Source of the DNA: a virus
Lineage: Duplodnaviria; Caudoviricetes
Strand: one strand, 5' to 3'
Virus record (IMG/VR): IMGVR_UViG_3300030098_005273
Coordinates: 1 to 54,759 of that record
Length of the DNA stretch: 54,759 nucleotides
A program made the position numbers and the translations under genes. Positions 36,301-46,699 of this stretch are shown one piece after another; position 1 is the stretch's first letter; each line of letters opens with the position of its first letter. Under the pieces are notes generated by a model. That model was not told the DNA's origin and made no database searches. It saw only the letters and a list, made by a program, of their open reading frames with translations.

Positions 36301-39300
36301 ATTACAGGATTCCAAGAAGGAGATGGAAGATTTCAAGATAATTATATGTTAGGCTCTACACCTATATGGCACTCTATACAGTCTTCTCATATACATAAAA
36401 GAAATGCTGGCACTATGAGAGCTTTAACTGGAAAAGACGCTAAAGGTCAAGAGTTAGATTATTTTAATAAGATTCAAAAAATGTTAGCAGGTAAGGAAGG
36501 TTTTGAAATAGTATCTGATCAAGGTGGAGTTATTGAATTTGCATCTGAAAAGCAATCTGAGTTTTTAGGTAATTTTAATTCCGCTATGAAAATGCTTCAA
36601 GGTGGTCAAGGAAAAGGATTAAAGAAAATTACTATATCAGAACTAGAGGCTCTTATGAATGAAAGCTATACTATAGGTGGTAATGTTTTTCAGAATACTA
36701 CCGAATTTATGGCATTTAGAAGCTTTCTAAATAGAAGTTTTGTAGAGAGTTTAACAGGGAATAAAGATTTATCCGTGCAGCTAAGGGCTGCTTTGACTAC
36801 TTTAATTTCAAATGACAATTTATTAGTTGTAAGATTAGGTAATCAAGTAAAAATCAGAGACTCTAAATCTCTTGAAGCTATTTTAATGAAAAACGCTAAT
36901 ACTATGACTGAGGTAGAGCTTAAAACTATTACAGAGATGCTAGAAACTTATAGAAAAGATTTTGAAATACCTATGAGAAATGCTTTAGGTAAAACAAATC
37001 AAGCTTTAATCAAGTTTGGCGATGGTAAAATGGTAATGGATCAAGAATTATCTAATTTTAATGTTAATGATATTAAGCAAATGATAACTGAAATTAATAT
37101 TGAGGTTAATAAAAAGAGCTTATTTCAAATCCAAGAGTTTTCTTTTAATGCTGAAAAGCTAAGAGTTAATGTTGCAGACTTGCAAAGCAAGGCAAGTGAA
37201 TATGTAGAGAGAGCTGGATTAGGAGAAGTTACTAAAGAAATGAAACAAGCTATAAAAGACGTATTTGATAGCTATACTAATTTTGAAGCACTTCTGACTC
37301 ATTATCATAATACAAATGATGTTATGGGGCTACAGAAACTTACAGAAAAAGCTGAAATGATGCATATGATAAATAGAAAAGGCGAAAGTTGGAACGGAAA
37401 AGATATAAATTCTATTAGGGAGATTAAAACTCTCTTAGATACCTATGTGAAAGAAGTTAGAGTTGAAAGAGATCAAGCATTAAGACTTGATGAAACTTCT
37501 GATTTAGATGCATATGAAGCAGAGCAGATGGCAGGTTTTAATTTCGATAGAAGTGGAAGAATTAAAAAAGGGTCAGTAACAGTTAGCAAGAGTCAGTATG
37601 AAACAAAATGGAATCTTGAGAAAGACTTTATGGACACCTTGGTCGAGACTCCTAAAACTGCTATGAAAGGATTAGGTCTTTCAGGATTAAATTCTCATGT
37701 CGACTTACATTCTCCTGTAGATGGTGTTACTAAGACTAAATATAAAGATTTAATGGAAAAGGGTTTAGTAGAGCTAAATAAGGGTAATTTTACTGAACGA
37801 GATTTTATCGACATAGTTATTAAACCTTTTGTTAATGCTAAAAGTAAGGAAATAGAGCAAAGAATTAAGGCAGATAAGGAAGTTGGGGGAACTGTAGAAG
37901 AGTTTATACAAGATACTCATGCAATAGTTCAGTCTATGCTATCTACTAAAAAAGGCTTGATGGGTACATTTGAAAATGGTTCTTTAAATATTAAGCAGAC
38001 AACCTTTTCTAATTGGGATAGAGGTGTAAATAGATTAGAGAATGTTTTAGGCTTAGAAGGTCAAATAATAACTTTAGCTCAAAGGGTTGGAACTAGCCAA
38101 GGATATTCTAGTAAACTTTCTCCAGAATTAATCGCTCATATGGAAAGCATTATGTCTGGAAAAGGCACTTGGTTTAATCCAGATGTTTCAGAAGTTTTAA
38201 AATCCCAAGATGTTCAATTCTTAGAGTCTATAAAAGATATGGCTTTAGGAACAGGAAATGATGGTAGGGCAAAATTTGTACCGATAAGATTAGATGAAAA
38301 AAGTATGATTTTAATATCTTTTGCAGGTAGAGGACAAGTTTTAGACGCATGGGCTGATCCATCAGGGAAATTGAGAAAAAAATTAGTAGATGTTGTAGCT
38401 GCAGGAAGTGGATGGTGGACTAGTAAAAGTAAGGCAGAGTCTCTTGTAAATAAATATCTTTCTGAGAATTTAAAAGCGGGTGTTGACGGGAAGGGTATTA
38501 TAGATAATACAAATCCTAATATAGGAGATATACAGACACTTGTATTATTAACTAGAATACTTGAGTCTCCTATGGCTTCAAATATGGCTGCGCTTATAAA
38601 AGGTAATAAAGATATGTTTTCTGCTATTCAAGAAGCAAAATATTTAAAATTAGATAGCCCTAAAAATGGTAAAGCTTTAAGTGAAAGAAATTTAAAGTTT
38701 ACTAAGGAGTATGGAGATGCTTTATATGAACAAGGTTCAGATATGCACAAGCTTCATCAGATATTTAAAGAAAGGACATTTAATGAGGATGGTACTTTAA
38801 AGAAACATAGAACTGTAAATATATTAGATGAAAGTGGAGCTAATAGTAAAAATCACTTTAGTACTGAAAAATTAATGGGAGAAGGTCTTCGAGAGCAAAT
38901 AAAAAGAGATAATCCTGACTTAGATAAGAATCAGATTGAAAAAAGAATGGAAGAATATCAAGAACAATACAAGAGGATTCAAGCTTCTGCTATGAACGGG
39001 GAAAAGTATTTAAGCAGAGATGCTATGATACAAATGTTAATGGCAAACGGTGCAACAAAAGATTGGTTTATATGGGGAGATGTTTTAGATACCTCGGGTA
39101 ATGTTGTAGGAAAAGAAGTTGTTGGTTTTAATGTAGCTTTAAAGCCTATAGAGATGCATCATTCAGTTGAAGCAGATGGGACTATGTCTTTTCATATAGG
39201 TAAAACTGCGTACAAATATCATCCATTAATGGACAAGTTGATGAGATATAGAAGTGGAGATAAGGCAGGTAGTTATATTGTAGAATCAATAGGTTTTGAA

Positions 39301-42300
39301 AGCTCCCATAAAGTTCATGCTAAATTTACACCAGGAATGAACAGTATAGAGAAAACTGGATATGATTTACCTGCAGGTGAAAACAAGGGTAAGTTTTTTG
39401 GCTTTATGGAGAAAAATTCAGACCATGTTAGAGATGGTATAAATATACATAGAATGAATCTTGATTTAGAGTCTATTATGATTAAGTCTGTATCATCTAA
39501 TAAAGATGCAGTTGTATCTTCGGGATTTACTACGTTCATGTCTTCTTCAGGGGTAAAATCTTTAAATATGGCTACAGGTTTAAAGGCTACTACTAAATCT
39601 TTAATGGATCAATTTGCTAATTTATCGCAAAGTCCTTGGGCTTATAAGGATATTATATCTCAGATAAAGAATTATAACAAAGAAACTGGAGACAATATAA
39701 CAGGACTATTTGGAATAGATGCTGTTTTAAACGCTAATGGCTTACCTATCTTTGAATACATGATGCCTCAAATACAAAAAGTAGTGGTTTCTGACCACAT
39801 GGGTACAAGAAACGCAGTAAGCTCAAATCTTGCAAAAGGTAGCAATAATGTTATGACAGCTGGTGATGGATATAGTTTTGCAGAAAGAAGAGGAGGCGTT
39901 CAATATAAATTTGGAGGCTCTGGAATGTCTGGTTATGAGGCAGGAAAAAGTGTTAGAGACTTCTTTACTAAGACAGCTGATGGAAAAATAGTTCCTAGTG
40001 GAGTAGAAGGTCTTAATCTTATATTTAAAGTAACTCCCGAATTAGCTAAAAAGTTTAGAGATATAGGCATAGAGGCTGGAGTAGATATAGCTGTTGTTTT
40101 TGATGCAACGACCGCCTCAGGCATTAGAGTGCTAGGTCCACATATAAGAGATGGATTTGGAAACAGAAAGACTAATAAAGCTAGGATTGAAGAATTCGAG
40201 ACTCAAATGGAAAATTCTTATAAAGAAATCATGAAAGAGCTTTATAAAGAATATACTAAGTATAATGATATGACTGTAGGTGAGTTAACTTATTTATTGG
40301 CTGGAGGTAGTGTAAGAGAATATAGAGATGGAAGAATGGAGTTTAAAGATACTAATTTAAGCTCTATAGTAGAAGGTGCACCAAATGGATTTTCTCCTGG
40401 AATACTATCAAATATAGGCTCAGGAGCCAACTTTAGATCTGTCCACTTAGGTAAAACAGACTTAAGAACTCCTAAGATAGGATTGAATGATTTTGTTATG
40501 ACTAGAGTTGAGAAAACTTTAGATAAAAGAAGAGGTCCTGTAAGTGAGATGAATTTAAAGGATGTATTAGATCCGCAAGATGCAGATTTTGATTTAGATA
40601 AATCTTCAAGTATGCATGCATTGCCTGGAAGAACGTTAGCTGATATATACTCTATGTCAGGCTATATGACTCATTCACAAAAAGCATTTGAAACTGCTTT
40701 AAATGAAGTAAGACTTGATAATCATGGCTCTATACAGCAATATACTAATACATTACAGCAGATAGAAGGATTAAGAGCTGGGCTAATGAGGCAGAATTCA
40801 ATATTGTCTACAATGTTAATGCATTTTTCAGCAAAAGAAACTACAGGCAATCCTCTATTTAGACCTGGTCAAGGTAAGCAGGCTCCTAGCGATGTGAGTG
40901 TTGATCCAAGATTTCAATTAACGACTTTTATGGTAGGTAATAAGGAGTATAAAATATCTATTCGTGAAGGTGGTGATTTAGCAAGTTCAATTGGCTATAT
41001 GAAAAATCTTATAAAGGCTACAATTGATATATATAAGAAGCCTCAAGATGTTACTGGCAAAGAATTAGACAAGCTTATTTGGGAGAATTTTGAAAATGGA
41101 TTTCTTCAGATAACCGAAGTGAATTCTAAAGGTAAAGCTACAAAAATAGATTATGCTAAAGCTAATAAAGAAGTTAGAGAAAAGTTTAATCATATAAGAG
41201 ATAAAATATTAAAGCCTGTAGGAGAGCTTCATAATTTACAGCATATGACTGAGCACTTTGCAGATGGAACATCTAGAAGAATGAGTCCTCAAGAATTGGT
41301 TTATAAGTATGAAAAGATATTAACCGATATTCATTTTGCAGGGAAGGATGCTAAGTTAGATGCAAATAATAAAATAATATCGTTTAAAAACAATGATTTT
41401 GCAGCTCTTACTAGTGAATTATTAAGCTTTTTAGGTGGTGGTAAAAATGCAAAAAATATGGTTATAGACTCACACCCAATGCCTGTAGTTCAAGTATTGA
41501 TGTCTTTAAAGAAAGGAATGAGTAGTCCTTTTGGAGATGCCTCTCTTGATTATGGTATAGGCACATTAATGATGACAGAGAATCTTTCTCAAACTAAAAT
41601 GACAGAGTCTATAAGTAAAATGCTAAGTAATCAAAAAGCTTTAGCTAGTATACATATAGCTCAGTCAAGATTAGATGGTATTAAATCTATTATGGAAAAC
41701 TATGAACGTAGTGGCAGAAAGGGTTCAGATCAATATGTTTATTGGGAAGTACAGGCAAAAACTATTGAAAGAGTTATTAATGAATTCAACAGACAGGTAA
41801 GTGACCCTACGTTTACTTTCGGTAACGGATTAAAGGCGGCTAAAAGGCAAGATGGTAGCAAGTATGTAAATGATGTTACTTTTATTTATAGAGGGCAGTA
41901 CGACACTAATGGAAAGTTTAAATCTGCTCAAGTTGTAAGAAGAGCAAATCCTGGAGAACTTATTTATTGGAAAAAGGGTGATGTAGTAGTAACCAATCCT
42001 AAGAGAATAGAGGCTGGAAATGACCATATAAATAAAGTTAGAAGAGCTGAAGCTTCTGCATTTGGAAGAGTTCTATTAGGTCAAGATGGAAACATCCTAG
42101 CTCTTGAAAAGCTTGTTAAAGACTTTAGCAATAAAGTTAGGGAGATTCCAAATGAATTAATAGACCCGAATTCTCCCATGACTAGCGATAAGTTTAATAT
42201 GATAAATGAATTTGAGCTTAGATATGTAGCAGATATAGTTGATGCTGCTATGTCTATAGGAGGAAAGCAATCAGCACAACAAGTTTTGATGATGCTAATG

Positions 42301-42978
42301 ACTCCTAGGCTTAAAGAAAATGTTTTCAATATATCTGGATACAATGTTCATCAAAAATCTGCTGCTTTAAGCACCACCTATCAAAGCAATAAGCGTAATG
42401 AAAGAATGGTATTATCTTATTTAGAAAGAGCTATGAATGGAAAAGCATCTACAACCTTAGAGGCTACTCAAGCTAGAGAAATATACGAATGGATGAATAC
42501 TGAGTTTAAAAAGGCATTTGTAAAGCAATGGGATCCAACAAGGCAGGGAGATATATTTACCTTTCAACAAAATAATAGAAGAGTTGAGGATTTCTCTTTA
42601 TTAAATCCACTAAACGACATTCCCTCATTTATGACAAGTAAGGAGATTACAAAGAAAAGTAGAGAAGTTATGCAGGCTTATTTAACTGGAACTTATTTTA
42701 TGGATCCTGCAGCTTTATACAGATTTACATTAGGTATGAAAGGAGCTGAATATAAAGATGGTACTTGGAATATCCCAGGCGGGAGAAAGATGCATAATGT
42801 GATAGAAGGTATGTGGGAAGGAACTAGCGGAAGACATATAAATGGAGATGGAGGTATATATATACCTAATAGCGTGTTTAGAAAGTCAGACCCTAACTTT
42901 GTTAGAAGACAAAATAAGGATTCTGAAGGTATAGGTGCTGGTATAGAGAAAATAGAAAGTCAATGCTTTGGAAATTAA
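33337..42978 (+). CDS. Giant virion protein with two-barrel (crAss-like) RNA polymerase domain
   Basis: 3213 aa; DADFDLD at aa 2415-2421 (nt 40579-40599), upstream RTP motif, and KTAYK / ESSHKV Lys motifs; located in the ejection-protein block. Confidence 0.75.
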   Translation: MAERYNRLEELEKLMSQSVVPDDSEPIEQEPETDDAGLIDIPKPYGGYDNAPYSGNDEVWGGLMQLYTPGTDMRATKRKRMVDLRNYDFSAEGWVAPEPELIDPGGEEIFDEHGFWTGEVTQPTYTDVSGIVAPTPKPYAGKNRQVLANPEGEEGWYLGKNLIDLVGNTVWGIAEGFGAWVPDMASGGEMSKFMGSDDWADESIWGKIGYSVGTGLSMLFGIGLVGKGLQWGSKAFGFGVKAATKSVADDLTEYVAKTSIKKGGVEKLVKSARAQIQAGKKEALKGVTWGARLTPMNRAAALARGNPLSNEKVYKSVYDSIKKDLNKKLGLNLDDAAVDKVTKKIMEESSNSLHKHFGHSIGHIMAEKGLSSGKAKILSDMVYEAVLLSAYDGIMDMGMDLWAQSYIDGDDVTAKSNIQQGYEFTEWWKPFFHGAVTGSFLGMVRHIKGGKKVDLMGQSGNRSGMINDLGIMRKAIMLRLRNVNNMGDRQMTGFLNTLFHASDGAIIKDLQKIATEHGLQNVGKLGRTFLEKISQQGYKYTKADKQILRETMTAIQKTVLGKNGLLAKTAAEIRKDAIGSFGRATLGSIVMAGWGYYDMGEKGLLPWQTDEATKKAGYHPDQKVTWDKLFFDHIVGMFYMKRGKNAETNSRFFYEVMGDKPILGSEVGRMSKAMEIFGYKDSQLQIFNHMAHSEPGTAIMRASALKGIYADKEIVGVIDKMGADLVDAQQYIEIVKRTNVEGVDPSERVDNWHVHVKDHLSNLETKIRDAKKKGDTKEQAKLEKEQMEVHDAMLFTEKIQRLTLFDINNKSVRPMTRKDALNFIQKYKEITLSDGAKINVNNFDVLDRMIEDGAFQFTRKVENVGLDFIFESLEILDLIDPTNMTKGAKINKSTLNALEAILTSNTGGEKGVTDKIYETAYALREAMLQANKVGLIELSDAEGRVWDAGRKYNAKELAELQRKWNDKTEEMHELVFNTMGVESSWRAKITGFQEGDGRFQDNYMLGSTPIWHSIQSSHIHKRNAGTMRALTGKDAKGQELDYFNKIQKMLAGKEGFEIVSDQGGVIEFASEKQSEFLGNFNSAMKMLQGGQGKGLKKITISELEALMNESYTIGGNVFQNTTEFMAFRSFLNRSFVESLTGNKDLSVQLRAALTTLISNDNLLVVRLGNQVKIRDSKSLEAILMKNANTMTEVELKTITEMLETYRKDFEIPMRNALGKTNQALIKFGDGKMVMDQELSNFNVNDIKQMITEINIEVNKKSLFQIQEFSFNAEKLRVNVADLQSKASEYVERAGLGEVTKEMKQAIKDVFDSYTNFEALLTHYHNTNDVMGLQKLTEKAEMMHMINRKGESWNGKDINSIREIKTLLDTYVKEVRVERDQALRLDETSDLDAYEAEQMAGFNFDRSGRIKKGSVTVSKSQYETKWNLEKDFMDTLVETPKTAMKGLGLSGLNSHVDLHSPVDGVTKTKYKDLMEKGLVELNKGNFTERDFIDIVIKPFVNAKSKEIEQRIKADKEVGGTVEEFIQDTHAIVQSMLSTKKGLMGTFENGSLNIKQTTFSNWDRGVNRLENVLGLEGQIITLAQRVGTSQGYSSKLSPELIAHMESIMSGKGTWFNPDVSEVLKSQDVQFLESIKDMALGTGNDGRAKFVPIRLDEKSMILISFAGRGQVLDAWADPSGKLRKKLVDVVAAGSGWWTSKSKAESLVNKYLSENLKAGVDGKGIIDNTNPNIGDIQTLVLLTRILESPMASNMAALIKGNKDMFSAIQEAKYLKLDSPKNGKALSERNLKFTKEYGDALYEQGSDMHKLHQIFKERTFNEDGTLKKHRTVNILDESGANSKNHFSTEKLMGEGLREQIKRDNPDLDKNQIEKRMEEYQEQYKRIQASAMNGEKYLSRDAMIQMLMANGATKDWFIWGDVLDTSGNVVGKEVVGFNVALKPIEMHHSVEADGTMSFHIGKTAYKYHPLMDKLMRYRSGDKAGSYIVESIGFESSHKVHAKFTPGMNSIEKTGYDLPAGENKGKFFGFMEKNSDHVRDGINIHRMNLDLESIMIKSVSSNKDAVVSSGFTTFMSSSGVKSLNMATGLKATTKSLMDQFANLSQSPWAYKDIISQIKNYNKETGDNITGLFGIDAVLNANGLPIFEYMMPQIQKVVVSDHMGTRNAVSSNLAKGSNNVMTAGDGYSFAERRGGVQYKFGGSGMSGYEAGKSVRDFFTKTADGKIVPSGVEGLNLIFKVTPELAKKFRDIGIEAGVDIAVVFDATTASGIRVLGPHIRDGFGNRKTNKARIEEFETQMENSYKEIMKELYKEYTKYNDMTVGELTYLLAGGSVREYRDGRMEFKDTNLSSIVEGAPNGFSPGILSNIGSGANFRSVHLGKTDLRTPKIGLNDFVMTRVEKTLDKRRGPVSEMNLKDVLDPQDADFDLDKSSSMHALPGRTLADIYSMSGYMTHSQKAFETALNEVRLDNHGSIQQYTNTLQQIEGLRAGLMRQNSILSTMLMHFSAKETTGNPLFRPGQGKQAPSDVSVDPRFQLTTFMVGNKEYKISIREGGDLASSIGYMKNLIKATIDIYKKPQDVTGKELDKLIWENFENGFLQITEVNSKGKATKIDYAKANKEVREKFNHIRDKILKPVGELHNLQHMTEHFADGTSRRMSPQELVYKYEKILTDIHFAGKDAKLDANNKIISFKNNDFAALTSELLSFLGGGKNAKNMVIDSHPMPVVQVLMSLKKGMSSPFGDASLDYGIGTLMMTENLSQTKMTESISKMLSNQKALASIHIAQSRLDGIKSIMENYERSGRKGSDQYVYWEVQAKTIERVINEFNRQVSDPTFTFGNGLKAAKRQDGSKYVNDVTFIYRGQYDTNGKFKSAQVVRRANPGELIYWKKGDVVVTNPKRIEAGNDHINKVRRAEASAFGRVLLGQDGNILALEKLVKDFSNKVREIPNELIDPNSPMTSDKFNMINEFELRYVADIVDAAMSIGGKQSAQQVLMMLMTPRLKENVFNISGYNVHQKSAALSTTYQSNKRNERMVLSYLERAMNGKASTTLEATQAREIYEWMNTEFKKAFVKQWDPTRQGDIFTFQQNNRRVEDFSLLNPLNDIPSFMTSKEITKKSREVMQAYLTGTYFMDPAALYRFTLGMKGAEYKDGTWNIPGGRKMHNVIEGMWEGTSGRHINGDGGIYIPNSVFRKSDPNFVRRQNKDSEGIGAGIEKIESQCFGN

Positions 42979-42990
42979 TAGGGAGATTGT

Positions 42991-45900
42991 ATGGCAATAT
43001 GTTTAAGTAAGGGCGAAAAGCAGAATAAGAACTGGAAAAAGCTTAGAAATGGTGAAGGAATGACCGCTCTTTTAAATAGTAAAAAGTTAAAAGATTTAGA
43101 CCTTAATAATTGGGAAACCGTTGAATGGCTTTATAAAAAAGCTACAGGAAATTATCTTGATGTACAAACAGTCCCTATTACAGGTGGAGATGTTGCGTCT
43201 TTTAATAGATACGTAACAAAAGACTTTATACCAGGACTTGGAAAAAGAAAGAACTGGGTTCAAGAGCTTTTCTATCTACCTACAGCTTTAATGAGAGGTA
43301 TTAAAGGAGGAGAGGAGTTTACAAATAGGCTTGGAGAATCTATACTATACAATCAAAGACAGATGAAAAATGGTCAAATAAATATTGATAAAATGATGAA
43401 AGGTCTCTATAAAATGTTTACAGATAAAGAATCTAGTATCATTATTAATGCTGGTAGAGATTTTACTAAAAAAGAATATCTTGAATTTCAAAGACTTGAA
43501 AGAGAATTGTTAATAGCCCCTAAAGGAGATAAGCGTGAGTTTCAAAAGAGATTAGTTAAGTTTATTGGCTCAGGAAATGAAAACGATCCTTTAGGTGGTC
43601 AAGTCTTGAGAAGATTTACAGATTTATTACAGGGAAAAGTTCCAGAGACCACAATAGAAAGAGAGATAGTAGGTACTTGGAATATTCTTAGAACTGACAG
43701 CTTTAAGAATCTTTTAAATGGCTCTATTAGTGCTAGAAGGACTATAGAAACGCTTTTAGATGCTTCTCCTAACAAAAAGATTCTCCTTCAAGCTTATGAA
43801 AAAATTCAATCAGAAATAGAAGCTTTAATGATAAGTAAAAGGGAAAGTGATAAGTTTACATTTAACGAATGGACTGAAAGAGAAGGTGCGTGGATAGCTA
43901 CAGATAAAAGAGATCTAAAAGTTTTTGATCCTGTAACGAAAAGAACTGAGCCTTATTTAAGAAAAAGAATAGTTGATGGAGAGGAAACCTTAGATACTTA
44001 TGTAGGTATTAAGAAATATTCTCCTAGGTATGTTTTAGAGCTTACAGACTTGCTTCATAATTTAACAGCGTATGCTAAACATGGTGATAAAGCTATGTTT
44101 CAAGGCAAGAGTTCTCAAGAAGTTTTAGAGATGATAGAAAAAAATCTAAACCCTACAGCTATATCTAACAGGCTTAAGCAGGCAGCTAGAACAGATGACT
44201 ATTTTAGTTTAGATCCTGCTTATTTCTTAAATAAATACTTATTTGATGTGTCTTCTTTTAATATGAGAGCTAGAGTCAATCATGCTTATTCAGAAGTAAC
44301 TATGAAATTATGGGATTCAGTTCGCAAAAATAATTTAAGTCATAGAGGTGATGCTAAAATAGCTGAATATTCAAGACACCTTATTGATGTTATAACTCAA
44401 ATAAAAGATAATGCTCTTGTAAGTAATGGCTCTCCTAAAACCGTATTAGATGAAGCAGTTAGACTTATAAATGGATTTGAGTATATGTCTAAAATAGGAT
44501 TTAGTGTAAAAAGTGGTATTAAGAATAGGACTCAAGGTTTACAAAATTGGGTTCAATTTGGTAGCAGAGGCTATAGAATAGCTAAAGATTTTAAGAATAC
44601 GAGTAGTAGAGAGCAAGATGTAGGTGGTCGTGAGCTAACTAATGACGCTATGATTAAAAGGCAAATGAAAAGATTTGGTATGATGTTTGGAGAAAGAGCA
44701 GAAACTGGAACTATGTCTGCAGCTACTGAAGGTTCTCTAGATGTAATGCTAGTTCCTAAAGGTTTTGATGTTGATTCAAAAGGTAAGCTTATATTGTCTA
44801 AGAAATCAAGCGCTTTAACTAAGGCAGCTGACTTAATGTCTAAAGGTGCAGACTTTTCTTCAAGACATACTCCTCTTGGAAAATGGTTTTCCCAGCAGTA
44901 TGCTGAAAATCAAAATAGAAAAAATACTTTTGAAATATCATTTGCACATGCATTTATAGGAGAGCAGAGAAGGGCTGCTTATCACGAAAAGAAATTAACA
45001 GAAGAGCTTGGCCACGCTCCTACTAAAAAACAGTTATATGATAGAATAGAGAGGATAGCTGGCAATATGGCTATGGAATCAGTTAAGATGATTCATTATG
45101 ATTATGATAATTGGGCTAAAGCTAGGATACTCCAAGGTAAAGCTGGTAAAACTATAGGACAGTTTCAGCATTTTAAATTTGCATTTATGGACTATCAGTA
45201 TAATATGTTAAAAGATATGTCTAGAGATGTTAAGGATTGGAAGTGGAAAGTTCCAGATCCTATAGGTGAAAAAGAAATGATAGTTAATCCTAATATCAGT
45301 AAAGTTTTTAGACAAACAGCTATATATGCTTTTATACCAGCATTAATAGCTATCGTTACAGGCACTGATGTCGGTGGATTTGCATCGGCTTTTGGAGTAA
45401 GTTTTAGTGAAGATGATAGAAAGCAAAAAGGTAAAAAATCTGCAATGGGTACTCCTTTAGATAATCCTATCATAGAAGAAACTGCCAAATTATTAGATTT
45501 TCTAGGAAATTCACCAAATGGAGACCTTACTGAGCAAATAGCTCATTATGATTCTTATTTTGGAAAAGGCCCTATTATATCTCAAATGGGTCCATTTATT
45601 AGTGATATGTTTACTATAGCTGAATTAACCGATTTTATTAACTTGACTGGAGAAGAGTATGAAGAGCATAAGGGCTTAAATCTTGAAGCTGCTAAATCTG
45701 ATCCAAGTAGATATTATTATCAGATAGCTAGAATATTTAATATACAGGGTGCTAGGACTATTTGGCATACTTTACCTGCTTTGATTAACGGAAACCTAGA
45801 GAAAGCTTTTAGAGTGGAAACAGGGCTTTATAAACCTAGATATATAGAAAACTTTAGAGGTGATGTGATTGATGCTACTATAGGAAATGTATATAACAAT

Positions 45901-46056
45901 ACAGATATTTTGCCAAAGATTAAAACAAATAAGAGAAGAGCTACAACAAATCAAGATGCTATAGACTCTTTAAATTTACTAGAAATGGAATCTAAAAAAA
46001 CAAGGCAGACAATTTATAATCCAAGTACAGGAAGGATGGAAGAAATATGGCAGTAA
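42991..46056 (+). CDS. Putative internal virion (ejection) protein
   Basis: 1021 aa helical; HYDY...GQFQHF pattern seen in large podovirus internal proteins; last late gene. Confidence 0.65.
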   Translation: MAICLSKGEKQNKNWKKLRNGEGMTALLNSKKLKDLDLNNWETVEWLYKKATGNYLDVQTVPITGGDVASFNRYVTKDFIPGLGKRKNWVQELFYLPTALMRGIKGGEEFTNRLGESILYNQRQMKNGQINIDKMMKGLYKMFTDKESSIIINAGRDFTKKEYLEFQRLERELLIAPKGDKREFQKRLVKFIGSGNENDPLGGQVLRRFTDLLQGKVPETTIEREIVGTWNILRTDSFKNLLNGSISARRTIETLLDASPNKKILLQAYEKIQSEIEALMISKRESDKFTFNEWTEREGAWIATDKRDLKVFDPVTKRTEPYLRKRIVDGEETLDTYVGIKKYSPRYVLELTDLLHNLTAYAKHGDKAMFQGKSSQEVLEMIEKNLNPTAISNRLKQAARTDDYFSLDPAYFLNKYLFDVSSFNMRARVNHAYSEVTMKLWDSVRKNNLSHRGDAKIAEYSRHLIDVITQIKDNALVSNGSPKTVLDEAVRLINGFEYMSKIGFSVKSGIKNRTQGLQNWVQFGSRGYRIAKDFKNTSSREQDVGGRELTNDAMIKRQMKRFGMMFGERAETGTMSAATEGSLDVMLVPKGFDVDSKGKLILSKKSSALTKAADLMSKGADFSSRHTPLGKWFSQQYAENQNRKNTFEISFAHAFIGEQRRAAYHEKKLTEELGHAPTKKQLYDRIERIAGNMAMESVKMIHYDYDNWAKARILQGKAGKTIGQFQHFKFAFMDYQYNMLKDMSRDVKDWKWKVPDPIGEKEMIVNPNISKVFRQTAIYAFIPALIAIVTGTDVGGFASAFGVSFSEDDRKQKGKKSAMGTPLDNPIIEETAKLLDFLGNSPNGDLTEQIAHYDSYFGKGPIISQMGPFISDMFTIAELTDFINLTGEEYEEHKGLNLEAAKSDPSRYYYQIARIFNIQGARTIWHTLPALINGNLEKAFRVETGLYKPRYIENFRGDVIDATIGNVYNNTDILPKIKTNKRRATTNQDAIDSLNLLEMESKKTRQTIYNPSTGRMEEIWQ

Positions 46057-46058
46057 TA

Positions 46059-46083
46059 TAGAGGGAAGATAGTCTCCCCTCTA
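46059..46083. terminator. Hairpin at the convergence of late and replication operons
   Basis: TAGAGGG-AAGA-TAG-TCT-C-CCCTCTA between convergent stop codons. Confidence 0.6.
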
Positions 46084-46097
46084 CATTCTTCTCTGGA

Positions 46098-46292
46098 TTA
46101 GAATTTGCCTTTATAAGGGCGACCGTTGAATCGATAGATATTCTGGTCGATTTTCTCCTTAAGCAAATACATTGTATCTAAGTAATTTCTCTCACTAAGT
46201 GAGTCTAATGATTGCATAGCAAAATGCGCTATATCAATTACATCAGCATGGATTCTTTTTAATTTGAAGTCTTTTATTTTATCAACTGCCAT
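46098..46292 (-). CDS. Hypothetical protein
   Basis: AAGGAGG RBS, 64 aa. Confidence 0.7.
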   Translation of the reverse strand: MAVDKIKDFKLKRIHADVIDIAHFAMQSLDSLSERNYLDTMYLLKEKIDQNIYRFNGRPYKGKF

Positions 46293-46605
46293 TTTCCTCC
46301 TTTGGTTTCATGTAATGATTTTGAAGAAAGTCATCAAATCTTAACAATATCAAAGTCTCTCCTCTATCTTGCTTGAAAACAACAGAGTCTACATGCTCAC
46401 TAGGTATTAAAAAGTCTGCTAACTTTTTTCTACATTTAGCTTGTATAGTAAAGCTATTATCTAGCAGGACATCTACTTCTTCATGCCAACCTATTGACTG
46501 ACCATTAGAACCCCAAGCTCTTTTAGCTTCTAGTCCTAGATCTTTTGCTTTATTCACTATCAATCTTTCAAAGGTGTTACCTTTAGTTTTGCTCTTGCTT
46601 GGCAT
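46282..46605 (-). CDS. Hjc-like PD-(D/E)XK Holliday junction resolvase
   Basis: SKTKGNTFER, EVDVL, IQAK motifs; GGGAGG before ATG 46605. Confidence 0.8.
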   Translation of the reverse strand: MPSKSKTKGNTFERLIVNKAKDLGLEAKRAWGSNGQSIGWHEEVDVLLDNSFTIQAKCRKKLADFLIPSEHVDSVVFKQDRGETLILLRFDDFLQNHYMKPKEENGS

Positions 46606-46699
46606 ATACCCTCCCAAATAGTTGTATAGAGAGTCTTTTCATAGCTTCATCTCTATCTTTACATATTTCATCTACTCTAGATGTTTTAGGTTTAGGCTT

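Noticed and set aside
6421-45488. Numerous 60-135-aa minus-strand or off-frame ORFs nested in late genes
   Set aside because: Fully overlap long, motif-bearing plus-strand genes; typical shadow ORFs
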